Assembly (NCBI GenBank): GCA_963813025.1
Contig: CAWEXO010000014.1
Span: 416,001-480,000, forward strand
Reading direction: 5' to 3'
Origin: an uncultured Verrucomicrobiae bacterium
GTDB lineage: Bacteria > Verrucomicrobiota > Verrucomicrobiia > Chthoniobacterales > JAFAMB01
DNA length: 64,000 nt
Shown here: positions 39,456 to 48,806 of the stretch, one piece after another
Layout of the letters: each line of letters begins with the position of its first letter
Numbering within the stretch: position 1 is the stretch's first letter
Program-made: the position numbers and the translations under genes
The notes under the pieces: model-generated
Database searches by the model: none
What the model was told of the DNA's origin: nothing
Seen by the model: the letters and a program-made list of their open reading frames with translations, nothing else

Positions 39456-40613
39456 ATGCCATTCATATCCAATAGTGGGAATTTCGAGGATGTCCTTCTT
39501 TGGCGGGCATTCCGGAAAACTGAGGCCGGCTTCTACATCGATGCAGGAGCTTTTGAAGCTTCCGGCCCGGAGCTCAATTCGGTGACCCGGGCCTTCTACG
39601 AGGCGGGCTGGACCGGCATCAACATCGTTTCCGACCCGCGGTGCTTCGAACAGGTCAGGCAACTTCGCCCCCGCGACTTGAACATGCTCGGTAAACTCGG
39701 ACGGACGCCGGGATATACCGGCTCACCGACAGTTCCGCTCTTATCGTTGAAAGAATTGCTCGAGGACCATTCACCGGAGGATGTTCAATTTCTGCGGATC
39801 ACCGCAGATTCTGCCTCGGCCGACACGTTCGCTGAGCCGCTCCCAAAAGCACCTGCCGTTATTCTTTTCTGTGGAAGATTTGCCGAAAGTTTCGATCGCT
39901 CGCTCAACGATCGAAGTTACGATTTAGTCTACACGGATGGCCTGAACCGGTTTTATCTGAAACGAGACAAGCTCTCGCTTCGTACCCATTTCGTTCTGCC
40001 GCCGAATGCCGAAGATAATTTTGTCTCGCGCGCGCAATGGGATGCAGAGCAGCGTTGTATGGCTCTCGCGGCGAAGATCAAACACCTGGAAAAGCAGACG
40101 GCCGATCTGCGGACTGCCTTCCAAGATGCTTCTTCGCATGCGGAAAGCCTGGCAAACGCGTTTGCCGACGCCCGGGACAATCGTGCTCGGCTTCGTCAGC
40201 GGCTGACGGAAGAGGATGTCTTTAAGAACTACCTGCTCGAGCGTGTCCGCCAGCTCGAGATCGATCTACGCCTTAAACGGAGTCGTACGGTCCAGGCACG
40301 GCTGCAGGCCGCGGGTCAGTGGACAACGAGCGGCGGCCCGCGTCGTCTTTTCAATCAAACCGTCTTGGCCGGAATGCGGCGAGCAGCCCGCCAGCCGATC
40401 CTGCTGAATTGGGGACGCCGCCTGCTGCAGCCGTTTCCCAGGCTCACCGCCCGAGTTTCGCAGGCGGTGGCGCCAGCGCTGCCTCTCGCGAAGGCGTCTG
40501 CCGTCGGAGAGTTGAGTTCTGAGGACCCGTATGAGGCCGGTCTGCCCGCACCTGCCCGATCGATCTATCGCAAGCTGCAAGCGGCACTCTCTCCCGAACT
40601 TCGTTCCCGATGA
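39456..40613 (+). CDS. FkbM-like methyltransferase domain plus coiled coil (degenerate)
   Basis: NFEDVLLWRA..GFYIDAGA..SVTRAFY..GWTGINI, DGLNRFY, then a heptad-rich segment. Confidence 0.8.
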   Translation: MPFISNSGNFEDVLLWRAFRKTEAGFYIDAGAFEASGPELNSVTRAFYEAGWTGINIVSDPRCFEQVRQLRPRDLNMLGKLGRTPGYTGSPTVPLLSLKELLEDHSPEDVQFLRITADSASADTFAEPLPKAPAVILFCGRFAESFDRSLNDRSYDLVYTDGLNRFYLKRDKLSLRTHFVLPPNAEDNFVSRAQWDAEQRCMALAAKIKHLEKQTADLRTAFQDASSHAESLANAFADARDNRARLRQRLTEEDVFKNYLLERVRQLEIDLRLKRSRTVQARLQAAGQWTTSGGPRRLFNQTVLAGMRRAARQPILLNWGRRLLQPFPRLTARVSQAVAPALPLAKASAVGELSSEDPYEAGLPAPARSIYRKLQAALSPELRSR

Positions 40614-43600
40614 GAATTTTACTGGATGTTCAGTCGGCGCAGGTCGGTCGCGATCCGGAAAAGACTTTGGCTTTTGCTCGGGCCCTGATCAAAGAGGGTG
40701 CCGTCCACGAATTCTGGATCGTCCTGAATGGGCGTATTCCTGATTCCGTGGAGCCTTTGCGGGAGTCCTTTGCTGAACTGGTCCCGTCGGAACGCTGCCG
40801 AGTCTTTGATCTCCCCGGGCCGCTCGCGGAGCAGTTACCGGCAAACTTTTCCCGAAGACAGGTAGCGGAACTCGTGAGGGAGGATTTCCTCGCGAGTTTG
40901 CGACCGGACATCGTTTTTGTGTCCACTCTCTTTGAGGGGATCCAGAACGAAGCGGTCGCTTCGATCGGCCGGCTCAACACTATCCCGACAATAGTGAGTA
41001 TTCCGGCCGGCCTGGGGACGATCGATCTGGAATCCGCGAATCCTGTGATTGCTCGCGCTTATATCCGAAGGCTCGAATCGCTCCGCCGAGCCGATCTTCT
41101 AGTGGCGGAAAGCCAGGACACAGCCCGACAGATTGCACAAAGATTCGAGATCCCGATTTCACGGTTTATTATTGGCGAACCATCGCGTAGCGCCGAACTT
41201 GTCGCGCCGAAGTCCCGCGAACCCGCGCGTAGCGCCGACGGCCTCGTCGGTATCCCTGCCGTGCAGGATCACGAACTGCGGTCCGAAATGAAGCAGGCGG
41301 CTCAGGAGACGCTGCAAGCAATGGAAGCCTTGCTTCCGCCGCCGGTTAAAACAAATGTGTCGGCGGGCCGGCGACCGCTGCTGGCCTTCGTCGGCCCGCT
41401 GCCGCCCGAGCGCTCCGGGATTGCCAATTACTCGGCGAAATTGCTGCCGCACCTGGGGCGCCACTACGATATCATCTGCGTTGCTGATCAAGGGCCCGTC
41501 GCCGATTCTTCGATCAAGGCGAGCTTCGCCATTCGCGATCTTGCCTGGTTCGAGGAGCACGTCTCGAGCTTCGATCGGATTGTTTACCAGTTTGGGAATT
41601 CACCCGCGCACAAACACTTATTTGAACTGGCGCGCCGTCACCCGGGGATTGCTGTCCTTCATGATTTCTTTCTCAGTGATGCGTTGGCCTGGATGACCGA
41701 TTACCAATACGCTTCGAACGCTTTTCTGGCCGAACTCTATGAGTCCCATGGCTTTTCGGCGGTTCAGTACGAGCGACAGAACGGCCGGGACGCTGCCCGA
41801 TCGCGTTATCCGTGCAACGGTACCGTGCTCTGCGAGAGTCTCGCCGCCATTGTGCACTCCAGGTACTCTCGTGAGCTGGCTCGGGAATGGTATGGCGACG
41901 GAGTTGCCGACAAGATCCGGGAAGTACCTTTCATTCCTTACGGCCCAACCGCAACGGACCGGGTCTCCGCTCGTCGACGTCTCGGCCTCTCCGAGGATCT
42001 TTTTGTGGTTTGTAGTTTTGGCTGGATCACCCGCCCAAAACTCAGCGACCGTCTATTATCTTCCTGGTTGGAAAGTGCGTTGGCGAAGGACCGGAAAAAT
42101 GTGCTCGTCTTCGTCGGCGAGACCCCGGATTCGGAATACACCACGCAATTGTTCAAAAAAATCCGGACCGCCAAGGCGGTTTCCCCGATTCAGATCACCG
42201 GATTTGCCGACGACGCGACCTATCGCGATTATCTCTCCTCTGCTGACGTGGCTGTGCAGCTTCGGGCGAGCAGCCGGGGTGAAACTTCGGGAACGATTTT
42301 CGATTGTTTGCGGTGTGAACTACCCGTGATCGCCAATACTCACGGTTCGTCGGCTGAGTTTCCTGACGGCGTTATTTGCAAGATCAGCGAAGAGTTCAGC
42401 CTTGAGGAACTGGCGGACGCTTTGACGCATTTCCGGACTGATCACGACCAGCGAAGCCGCCTCTCTCTTGCCGGTCAGGCTTATCTAGAGAAGGCGCATC
42501 ACCCGGCCATGGTAGCTGCCAGGTATCACCAGATCATTGAGGAAAACTACGCAGAAAGTCCGATCGCGTCTGAGAATCGACTCGTAGCCGCAATTTCTCA
42601 CAGCCCGGGGCAAATCGAACTCTCCGATCGGGATATCGCCGCGACCGCAGTCGCTATTTCCGCTAATCGGCAGCGGCTTGGTCCGAAGCGACTTTTCATC
42701 GATGTCACCAATGTAGCGGGAAACGATCTGCGGACCGGTATCGAACGAGTCACCAGGGCGATGATGATGGCTCTTATTATAGATCCTCCGGCCAATTATC
42801 GGGTTGAACCGGTTCGGGCTGGTGAGTACGGCTATAGTTATGCGAGGGAGTTTGCCTTCGGTGCCCTCGGAATTGCGCCGCCTCCGTTACCTGATGATTT
42901 GATCGAGACTTTTCCGGGGGATCTTTTTTTGGGACTGGATTGGTCGGTTGGGTGGGTGCCGACTCTTGCGCCTTGGTTCAAGCGGCAAAGAGAACGAGGT
43001 ACCCGGCTGTTCTTCGTGGTTTACGATTGTCTGCCATTGCTCAGACCTGAATTGTTTTTACTTGAAATAGAACCCCTCATGCGCCGCTGGCTGCAAACTT
43101 TGGCTAGCCTGGCTGATGGGATTGCCTGTATTTCGCGAAGCGTTGCCGCCGACCTTTATAACTGGCTGAATGAGGCGCAACCGTCTCGGCTGAGACCGTT
43201 GCCAATCAGCTATTTTCATTTGGGTGCAGATCTCAAAGCGACTGTGCCCACCGAGGGCTTGTTGCCCGGCAGCACCGAATTGCTCGACCGGATCAAGGCG
43301 GCTCCAAGTTTTTTGATGGTCGGAACATTAGAGGCTCGCAAGGGGTATCGCCAGGCTCTGGCCGCATTTGATTTGCTCTGGGGTGAGGGTGTTGAGGTAA
43401 ACCTGGTGATTGTTGGTAAGCAAGGATGGAAGATGAATGACATTGCCGACCGGCTCCGAACTCATCCCGAAAAGAACCGCCGGCTGTTCTGGCTTCAGGG
43501 TGTCAGCGACGAGATGCTGGAAGAAATTTATTGCGGTGTTCGGGCACTGCTGGCGCCGTCTGAAGGAGAGGGCTTTGGGCTGCCGCTGATCGAAGCTGCT

Positions 43601-43924
43601 CAGCACGGCCTGCCGATCATCGCCCGAGATCTCCCGGTTTTCCGAGAGGTCGTGGGTGAACATGCTTACTACTTTGAAGGAAATGAACCGGGTGTTCTGG
43701 CCGGCGCTCTTAAAAATTGGCTGGCCTCGTTTCCGGCTGTGCCCTCTTCGACCGGGGTAAGCTGGTTGTCCTGGGCAGAGAGCAGCCGTCAACTCATTCA
43801 GTTCCTGCTGGAGAGCCAACGTATTTACCGATTGTGGCCGAAGGAATCCACGTCTGTCGACAAGATTGGCCGGCCTGAGAAAGCCGGCTTTTCGGCGCAC
43901 GAGTTAGTCGCCGGCAGCAGGTGA
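40610..43924 (+). CDS. Multidomain GT4 glycosyltransferase (WbdA/MtfA-like)
   Basis: PLPPERSGIANYS, TGIERV, VGTLEARKG, EGEGFGLPLIEAA; ATGA coupling. Confidence 0.9.
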   Translation: MRILLDVQSAQVGRDPEKTLAFARALIKEGAVHEFWIVLNGRIPDSVEPLRESFAELVPSERCRVFDLPGPLAEQLPANFSRRQVAELVREDFLASLRPDIVFVSTLFEGIQNEAVASIGRLNTIPTIVSIPAGLGTIDLESANPVIARAYIRRLESLRRADLLVAESQDTARQIAQRFEIPISRFIIGEPSRSAELVAPKSREPARSADGLVGIPAVQDHELRSEMKQAAQETLQAMEALLPPPVKTNVSAGRRPLLAFVGPLPPERSGIANYSAKLLPHLGRHYDIICVADQGPVADSSIKASFAIRDLAWFEEHVSSFDRIVYQFGNSPAHKHLFELARRHPGIAVLHDFFLSDALAWMTDYQYASNAFLAELYESHGFSAVQYERQNGRDAARSRYPCNGTVLCESLAAIVHSRYSRELAREWYGDGVADKIREVPFIPYGPTATDRVSARRRLGLSEDLFVVCSFGWITRPKLSDRLLSSWLESALAKDRKNVLVFVGETPDSEYTTQLFKKIRTAKAVSPIQITGFADDATYRDYLSSADVAVQLRASSRGETSGTIFDCLRCELPVIANTHGSSAEFPDGVICKISEEFSLEELADALTHFRTDHDQRSRLSLAGQAYLEKAHHPAMVAARYHQIIEENYAESPIASENRLVAAISHSPGQIELSDRDIAATAVAISANRQRLGPKRLFIDVTNVAGNDLRTGIERVTRAMMMALIIDPPANYRVEPVRAGEYGYSYAREFAFGALGIAPPPLPDDLIETFPGDLFLGLDWSVGWVPTLAPWFKRQRERGTRLFFVVYDCLPLLRPELFLLEIEPLMRRWLQTLASLADGIACISRSVAADLYNWLNEAQPSRLRPLPISYFHLGADLKATVPTEGLLPGSTELLDRIKAAPSFLMVGTLEARKGYRQALAAFDLLWGEGVEVNLVIVGKQGWKMNDIADRLRTHPEKNRRLFWLQGVSDEMLEEIYCGVRALLAPSEGEGFGLPLIEAAQHGLPIIARDLPVFREVVGEHAYYFEGNEPGVLAGALKNWLASFPAVPSSTGVSWLSWAESSRQLIQFLLESQRIYRLWPKESTSVDKIGRPEKAGFSAHELVAGSR

Positions 43925-43957
43925 GAGTATCGGCACTCTGTCCTCCAATGCGATCAC

Positions 43958-46258
43958 GTGAGTACTCGTAATATTTCAGGAATAGAAGCGCCGCTGGCGT
44001 CCGGGAACCGGGACACTGGACGCTCAAACCGTTTCCGCCTTCCCGCTTTTATCCTTCCCGTTTTGCTCGGAGCACTCGCTTTCTTCTTCGTTACAGGCGG
44101 AGGGATTCTCCGTCCGACGAATCTCGGCTGGCTGATGGGCGGAGACCCGGGAATGGATCTGCTCGGATGGATGTTCTTTCGGGATACTCCATTTTGGCAG
44201 CAGCCAATCGGGGCAAACTGGCCCTTTGGCATGGAGCTGGGCAGCGCACTTATCTACACCGATTCTCTCTTGCTTTTGGCCTTCCCGTTCAAGCTTTTCA
44301 GCGGCCTCCTTCCTCCAAACTTTCAATATTTCGGATTCTGGATTCTCATCTGCTTCATCCTTCAAGCGATTTTTGCCTGGAAACTCCTGGGAAAGCCTTC
44401 AAGTGGCACCGGCATCCTGCCGGTTCTTCAAACTGACGAGCCGGAAGCTTTTCGTCCGACCGAACTCGGAGTAAAGGCCCTGGCGACTTTGTTCTTCCTG
44501 CTGGCTCCGTCGTTCCTGTGGCGAATGCAATGGCACATGATGCTGGCGGCCCATTGGCTGATCCTGGCTGCTTTATGCCTCTATTTCTCTGATCGCTTTC
44601 GGTACTTTCCCTGGCTTGTTCTTTTGGCGGTAGCAAGTCTGGTTACGCCTATTATCTTTACGATGGTCTTGCTGATTTTCGGAGCAGGCCTTTTGAAAGC
44701 CTGGCTCCGGAAAGAGCAGCCTCTCCCCTGGCTCATCGGGTCGAGCCTGGCCACTGGCCTCATTCTGGCGATAGTCATGTGGGAGGGAGGATACTTTACA
44801 GTCTCCGATGTGGGAGCCGGCGGTTTTGGAGATTACCGGATGAGTTTGGCCGGTTTTATCGACCCTTTGCCCGGAGTACCCGGAGAGAAAGCGGCCTGGT
44901 CTACGCTTCTGCCCAGCTTACCCAAAGACAGTGGAAATTACGAAGGTTTCTGTTTTTTGGGTACCGGAGTTCTCGTGCTGGTTGGCACCGCTATTTTCGC
45001 CCTGGTGAAAAATTGCCGTTCCTGGATTCCCCAGCTTTCCTGGCGTAACCGGAAACTCTGGTTCACGGCTATACCGATCGGCGCAGTCTTCATTTTCTCG
45101 ATCCTGTTTGCGCTTTCGAATAACATTGGAATCGGGACTCACATTTTCGTCCATTACGACATTCCCGGCATCATCGCCCGTGAGATCGCCCCGTTCCGCG
45201 CCTCTGCCCGCTTTATCTGGCCCGCTTATTATCTGATCATCGCCGGTCTTCTGGCCGTGACCATGCGCGGGTTTAGGCCAAAGACGTCTTCGGCCATTCT
45301 TGCGGGCTGCCTTGTCTTGCAAGTTGCCGACTCTTGGCACGCGTTACGAGCTGTTCGGCATCGCTATCAGACTGATCTCTTCCATACCTCTCTTTCTTCT
45401 CCCTTCTGGCAACAGGCCGCCGATCGGTATCGCAAGGTCCTCTACGTCTTTCCGAGTGATGCGCCGCCCCCATATTTCGCTCTCTGCTATCTCGCGGCTT
45501 CTCATCATCGACCCATCAACATTGGGTCCTGGGCGCGCTTTGACGAACGGAAGCTTGACGCGGCTCGCGACAAGCTGGTGCAAGTTGTGAGAAGCGGTGC
45601 TTGGGATCCGAACGCGCTTTACGTCTTCGAAACGACTGGGATATGGAGCTCGGCGGTTTTGCGTATGAAACCCAACGATTGGGTCGGGGTCGTCGATGGT
45701 TTGCCCGTCCTGGCTCCCGGCTGGTTGCAAGGCCGGCGGCAAGATCCAGTCCAGATTTCGCATCAAAGCTTGCCCATTTACGTTCTTGGCCGGACGTTAT
45801 CATTTGCCGCAGCGAGTCCGGGACTGCAGTTCCTAGGGTACGGATGGGACGATCAGGACAATCAGGGACAGCTCCGCTCCTGGTCCGTCGGCAACTTTGT
45901 GTCTTTTAATTTTCAGTTGAGCAGCACTCCCACGACCGATCTGTTGCTCAGCTTAGATGCATTGGCAGTGGTAAACAAAAGGCATCCGGAGCAGAAGGTG
46001 GAAGTAACCGTTAACTCGCAGCCAGTCGGCTCGTTTTCGTATACGCAACAAGATCCGCAGGGCCGACGTACCATCAGGATCCCCCGGGAGTTGGTGGTGA
46101 ATAGAAATAACATCGTGGAGATCGAGCTTAATTTACCGGACGCGGTTTCGAGCGCGATGATCGGATGGTCTCAGCGCTGGGATCTGCGCAAGCTCGCGCT
46201 TCAGGTGAACGCCCTTGAATTGAGCCCTGCCCCAAACCAGTTGACTGGAACACTGTGA
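43958..46258 (+). CDS. DUF6311-like polytopic membrane protein with periplasmic C-terminal domain
   Basis: GD..GWMFFR..W, YTDS, FQYFG.W, NYEGF..LG, RASARF.W. Confidence 0.75.
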   Translation: MSTRNISGIEAPLASGNRDTGRSNRFRLPAFILPVLLGALAFFFVTGGGILRPTNLGWLMGGDPGMDLLGWMFFRDTPFWQQPIGANWPFGMELGSALIYTDSLLLLAFPFKLFSGLLPPNFQYFGFWILICFILQAIFAWKLLGKPSSGTGILPVLQTDEPEAFRPTELGVKALATLFFLLAPSFLWRMQWHMMLAAHWLILAALCLYFSDRFRYFPWLVLLAVASLVTPIIFTMVLLIFGAGLLKAWLRKEQPLPWLIGSSLATGLILAIVMWEGGYFTVSDVGAGGFGDYRMSLAGFIDPLPGVPGEKAAWSTLLPSLPKDSGNYEGFCFLGTGVLVLVGTAIFALVKNCRSWIPQLSWRNRKLWFTAIPIGAVFIFSILFALSNNIGIGTHIFVHYDIPGIIAREIAPFRASARFIWPAYYLIIAGLLAVTMRGFRPKTSSAILAGCLVLQVADSWHALRAVRHRYQTDLFHTSLSSPFWQQAADRYRKVLYVFPSDAPPPYFALCYLAASHHRPINIGSWARFDERKLDAARDKLVQVVRSGAWDPNALYVFETTGIWSSAVLRMKPNDWVGVVDGLPVLAPGWLQGRRQDPVQISHQSLPIYVLGRTLSFAAASPGLQFLGYGWDDQDNQGQLRSWSVGNFVSFNFQLSSTPTTDLLLSLDALAVVNKRHPEQKVEVTVNSQPVGSFSYTQQDPQGRRTIRIPRELVVNRNNIVEIELNLPDAVSSAMIGWSQRWDLRKLALQVNALELSPAPNQLTGTL

Positions 46259-48483
46259 CAATGCGTGAAGATCCCGTGAGAACGGCTGAGCCGCCGATTC
46301 CGACGCAATCAAGGCCCTCCAGCAAAGTCGAAGTGGTGCTCGGAAGGGTAGGCCGATCGGTGTTGCCGTTTTGTTTGGGAGCAGTCGTGTTCTTCCTCGT
46401 CAGCGGGGGATCGATTTTGCGGCCGACCAATGATCAATGGATGATGAAGGGCGATCCAATCGCCAGTCTGCTCGGCTGGATGTTTTATCGGAACGCGCCG
46501 CTGTTGCAGCAGCCGTTCGGGGCGACTCCGGATTACGGTTTGCAGATCAGCAACTCGACCGTCTACTCCGATTCGGTGTCGGTCTTGGCTTTTCTTTTCA
46601 AACCGTTCGCCCATTTTCTCCCGGAACACTTTCAATATTTCGGCCTTTGGCTGTTGATCTGTTTCATGCTCCAGGCATTTTTCGCCTGGAAGTTGATGGG
46701 CGTTTTCGCTCCAACGCTTTGGCATCGCGCTGTGGCGACCGCGTTTTTTCTGATCGCACCCCCTTTCTTGTGGCGGACCCAATGGCACATGGGATTAGCT
46801 GCGCATTGGGTGGTCCTCGCCTCGATTTATCTATACACTCGACCATCTTTCAAAATCCTGCTTTGGCTAATCCTCCTGATCGTGGCGTGTCTGGCCACAC
46901 CGATCCTGCTGGCGATGGGCATGCTCATGCTCGGGGCGACCCTGGTGAAAGCCTATTTCCGGGACGAAGTGTCGCTTACGCGCGGTGTGCTCACCGTGGT
47001 GGTTACCGCAATCTGTCTGAGCTTTGTCATGTGGCAGGCCGGCTATTTCCTCATATCAACGGTCGGTGAAGGCGGATTTGGCTTTTATCGGGCGAGTCTT
47101 TACGGACTGATCGATCCGGGTGTAGGTGCCCCGGGTGATCCGTCGGTCTGGTCAAGCGTGCTGCCGGATCTGCCAAAAGCACCGGGCAATTACGAAGGAT
47201 TCGGTTTCCTCGGCGCCGGCATGCTCATCCTGGTGTTGACGGCCGGATTGCTGGGTTTGCATCAAGCGTCTGGCTGGCTTGGCTGGTTACGCTGGCGCGA
47301 TTGGCGGAGGCGCTGGGCTCTGGTGATGCCGCTGTTGGTTGTTTTCGTTTTTTCCTTCGTTTTTGCCCTTTCCAACAATATCGGGTACGGCAACCACATC
47401 AGCATTCACTATGACTTGCCGGGATTTCTAGACCGGTTGACATCACCGTTGCGCGCTTCCGGGCGATTTATCTGGCTCGCTTATTACATGATCATGGCGG
47501 CTGCGCTGATAATCGTTTTTACTCATCTGGGGCGCCGCATTTCGCTCTTCCTTCTCTCTTGGTGCCTGCTTTTTCAGGTGGTTGACTCATGGGGCGCGCT
47601 AACCGCCGTGCAGGCAAGATTCGCCGCCAATTTTCCGCGTCCGACGCTTTGGTCTCCTTTCTGGCAACAAGCGGCGGCTCGGTACCGCAAGATTCTTTAT
47701 GTGCTGCCAGATAATAGTCCGCCGTCCTTCTTCCCACTTTGTTACTTTGCGGCTGAGCATCATCTGGGGATCAACATCGGCAGCTGGGCGCGCGTTGATA
47801 AAACCAGATTGGCGTCGAGTCGGAGAGATCTCATCGACGTGCTCAAAACCGGGCAATGGGATCCGAACGCGCTGTACGTGTTTGGGAGTGATCAGCTCCG
47901 GAACGTTGGTCTGCTGCGGATGCAAAAAGGCGATTGGATCGGGGTGGAGGATAAAATGAACGTGCTGGCTCCAGGGTGGGGTGAGGCGCCGCTCCAGGAC
48001 CCTGAAGTTTTGCGTAGTCAGCTCATTCCCTCCTACAGTCTCGGTACTCGGCTGGCATTTGGTCCGGATGATCAAGGCAGCCGTTACTTGGGGTACGGAT
48101 GGTCTAACCAGGAAGCATGGGGGCACTGGTCGGATGGTTATCGTGCTTCACTCATTTTCTCGCTGAGACCGGCAGCACGTTCTGATTTGGTGCTGGAAAT
48201 CGATGGAATCGGTTTCGTCGGTCGGAGAAATCCTGAACAGAAGATTGAGGTTTACGCCAATGACCGCAGGGTGGGTGCGATCGCCTTTTCGGCCTCCGAT
48301 CCGAAAGGTCTGCGACAGGTGAGAATACCTCAAGAGATATTGGCAAATCGTGATTTCCTCGAGATCGAATTCAGATTCAAAAATGACATTTCACCCTCCG
48401 AGACCGGTCAGTTCTGGAAGCCTGACTCGAGGAAGCTGGCTCTCGGACTAAGAACATTGATCCTGCAACCAGCGAGCGGCTAA
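46255..48483 (+). CDS. DUF6311-like membrane protein, tandem paralogue
   Basis: Colinear with the preceding protein over its whole length. Confidence 0.75.
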   Translation: MTMREDPVRTAEPPIPTQSRPSSKVEVVLGRVGRSVLPFCLGAVVFFLVSGGSILRPTNDQWMMKGDPIASLLGWMFYRNAPLLQQPFGATPDYGLQISNSTVYSDSVSVLAFLFKPFAHFLPEHFQYFGLWLLICFMLQAFFAWKLMGVFAPTLWHRAVATAFFLIAPPFLWRTQWHMGLAAHWVVLASIYLYTRPSFKILLWLILLIVACLATPILLAMGMLMLGATLVKAYFRDEVSLTRGVLTVVVTAICLSFVMWQAGYFLISTVGEGGFGFYRASLYGLIDPGVGAPGDPSVWSSVLPDLPKAPGNYEGFGFLGAGMLILVLTAGLLGLHQASGWLGWLRWRDWRRRWALVMPLLVVFVFSFVFALSNNIGYGNHISIHYDLPGFLDRLTSPLRASGRFIWLAYYMIMAAALIIVFTHLGRRISLFLLSWCLLFQVVDSWGALTAVQARFAANFPRPTLWSPFWQQAAARYRKILYVLPDNSPPSFFPLCYFAAEHHLGINIGSWARVDKTRLASSRRDLIDVLKTGQWDPNALYVFGSDQLRNVGLLRMQKGDWIGVEDKMNVLAPGWGEAPLQDPEVLRSQLIPSYSLGTRLAFGPDDQGSRYLGYGWSNQEAWGHWSDGYRASLIFSLRPAARSDLVLEIDGIGFVGRRNPEQKIEVYANDRRVGAIAFSASDPKGLRQVRIPQEILANRDFLEIEFRFKNDISPSETGQFWKPDSRKLALGLRTLILQPASG

Positions 48484-48542
48484 AATCCAATCGCCAGCCT
48501 CGCCCCTGGGCGGGATGGAGTATGCTGCTGGCGTCCTGCGCC

Positions 48543-48665
48543 GGTAGGGCAAAAATTTATTCGAGCCTTAGCGAGAACTTGTTTGAGCCGTCTTCAGTGT
48601 GACCTGCCGCAGCACCCGGCTCGAACGAGTCTTCGCCGAAGGCTCAGATGAATTCTCGCCCTACC
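48543..48665. repeat. Double-armed REP doublet
   Basis: GGTAGGGCAAAAATTTATTCGAGCC..GAATTCTCGCCCTACC. Confidence 0.9.
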
Positions 48666-48806
48666 GATTTTGGGATGTTGCGATTTCGCGGTTTTGACTT
48701 GGACGGAGTTTCTGGCCAAGGTGCTGCTCGCATTCGAAAATGCCGGCGGAGGGCACTTCGTTTTTGCATTTTTGCGAAACCCTCTTTTCTTTCTCGCCAT
48801 TGAGCA

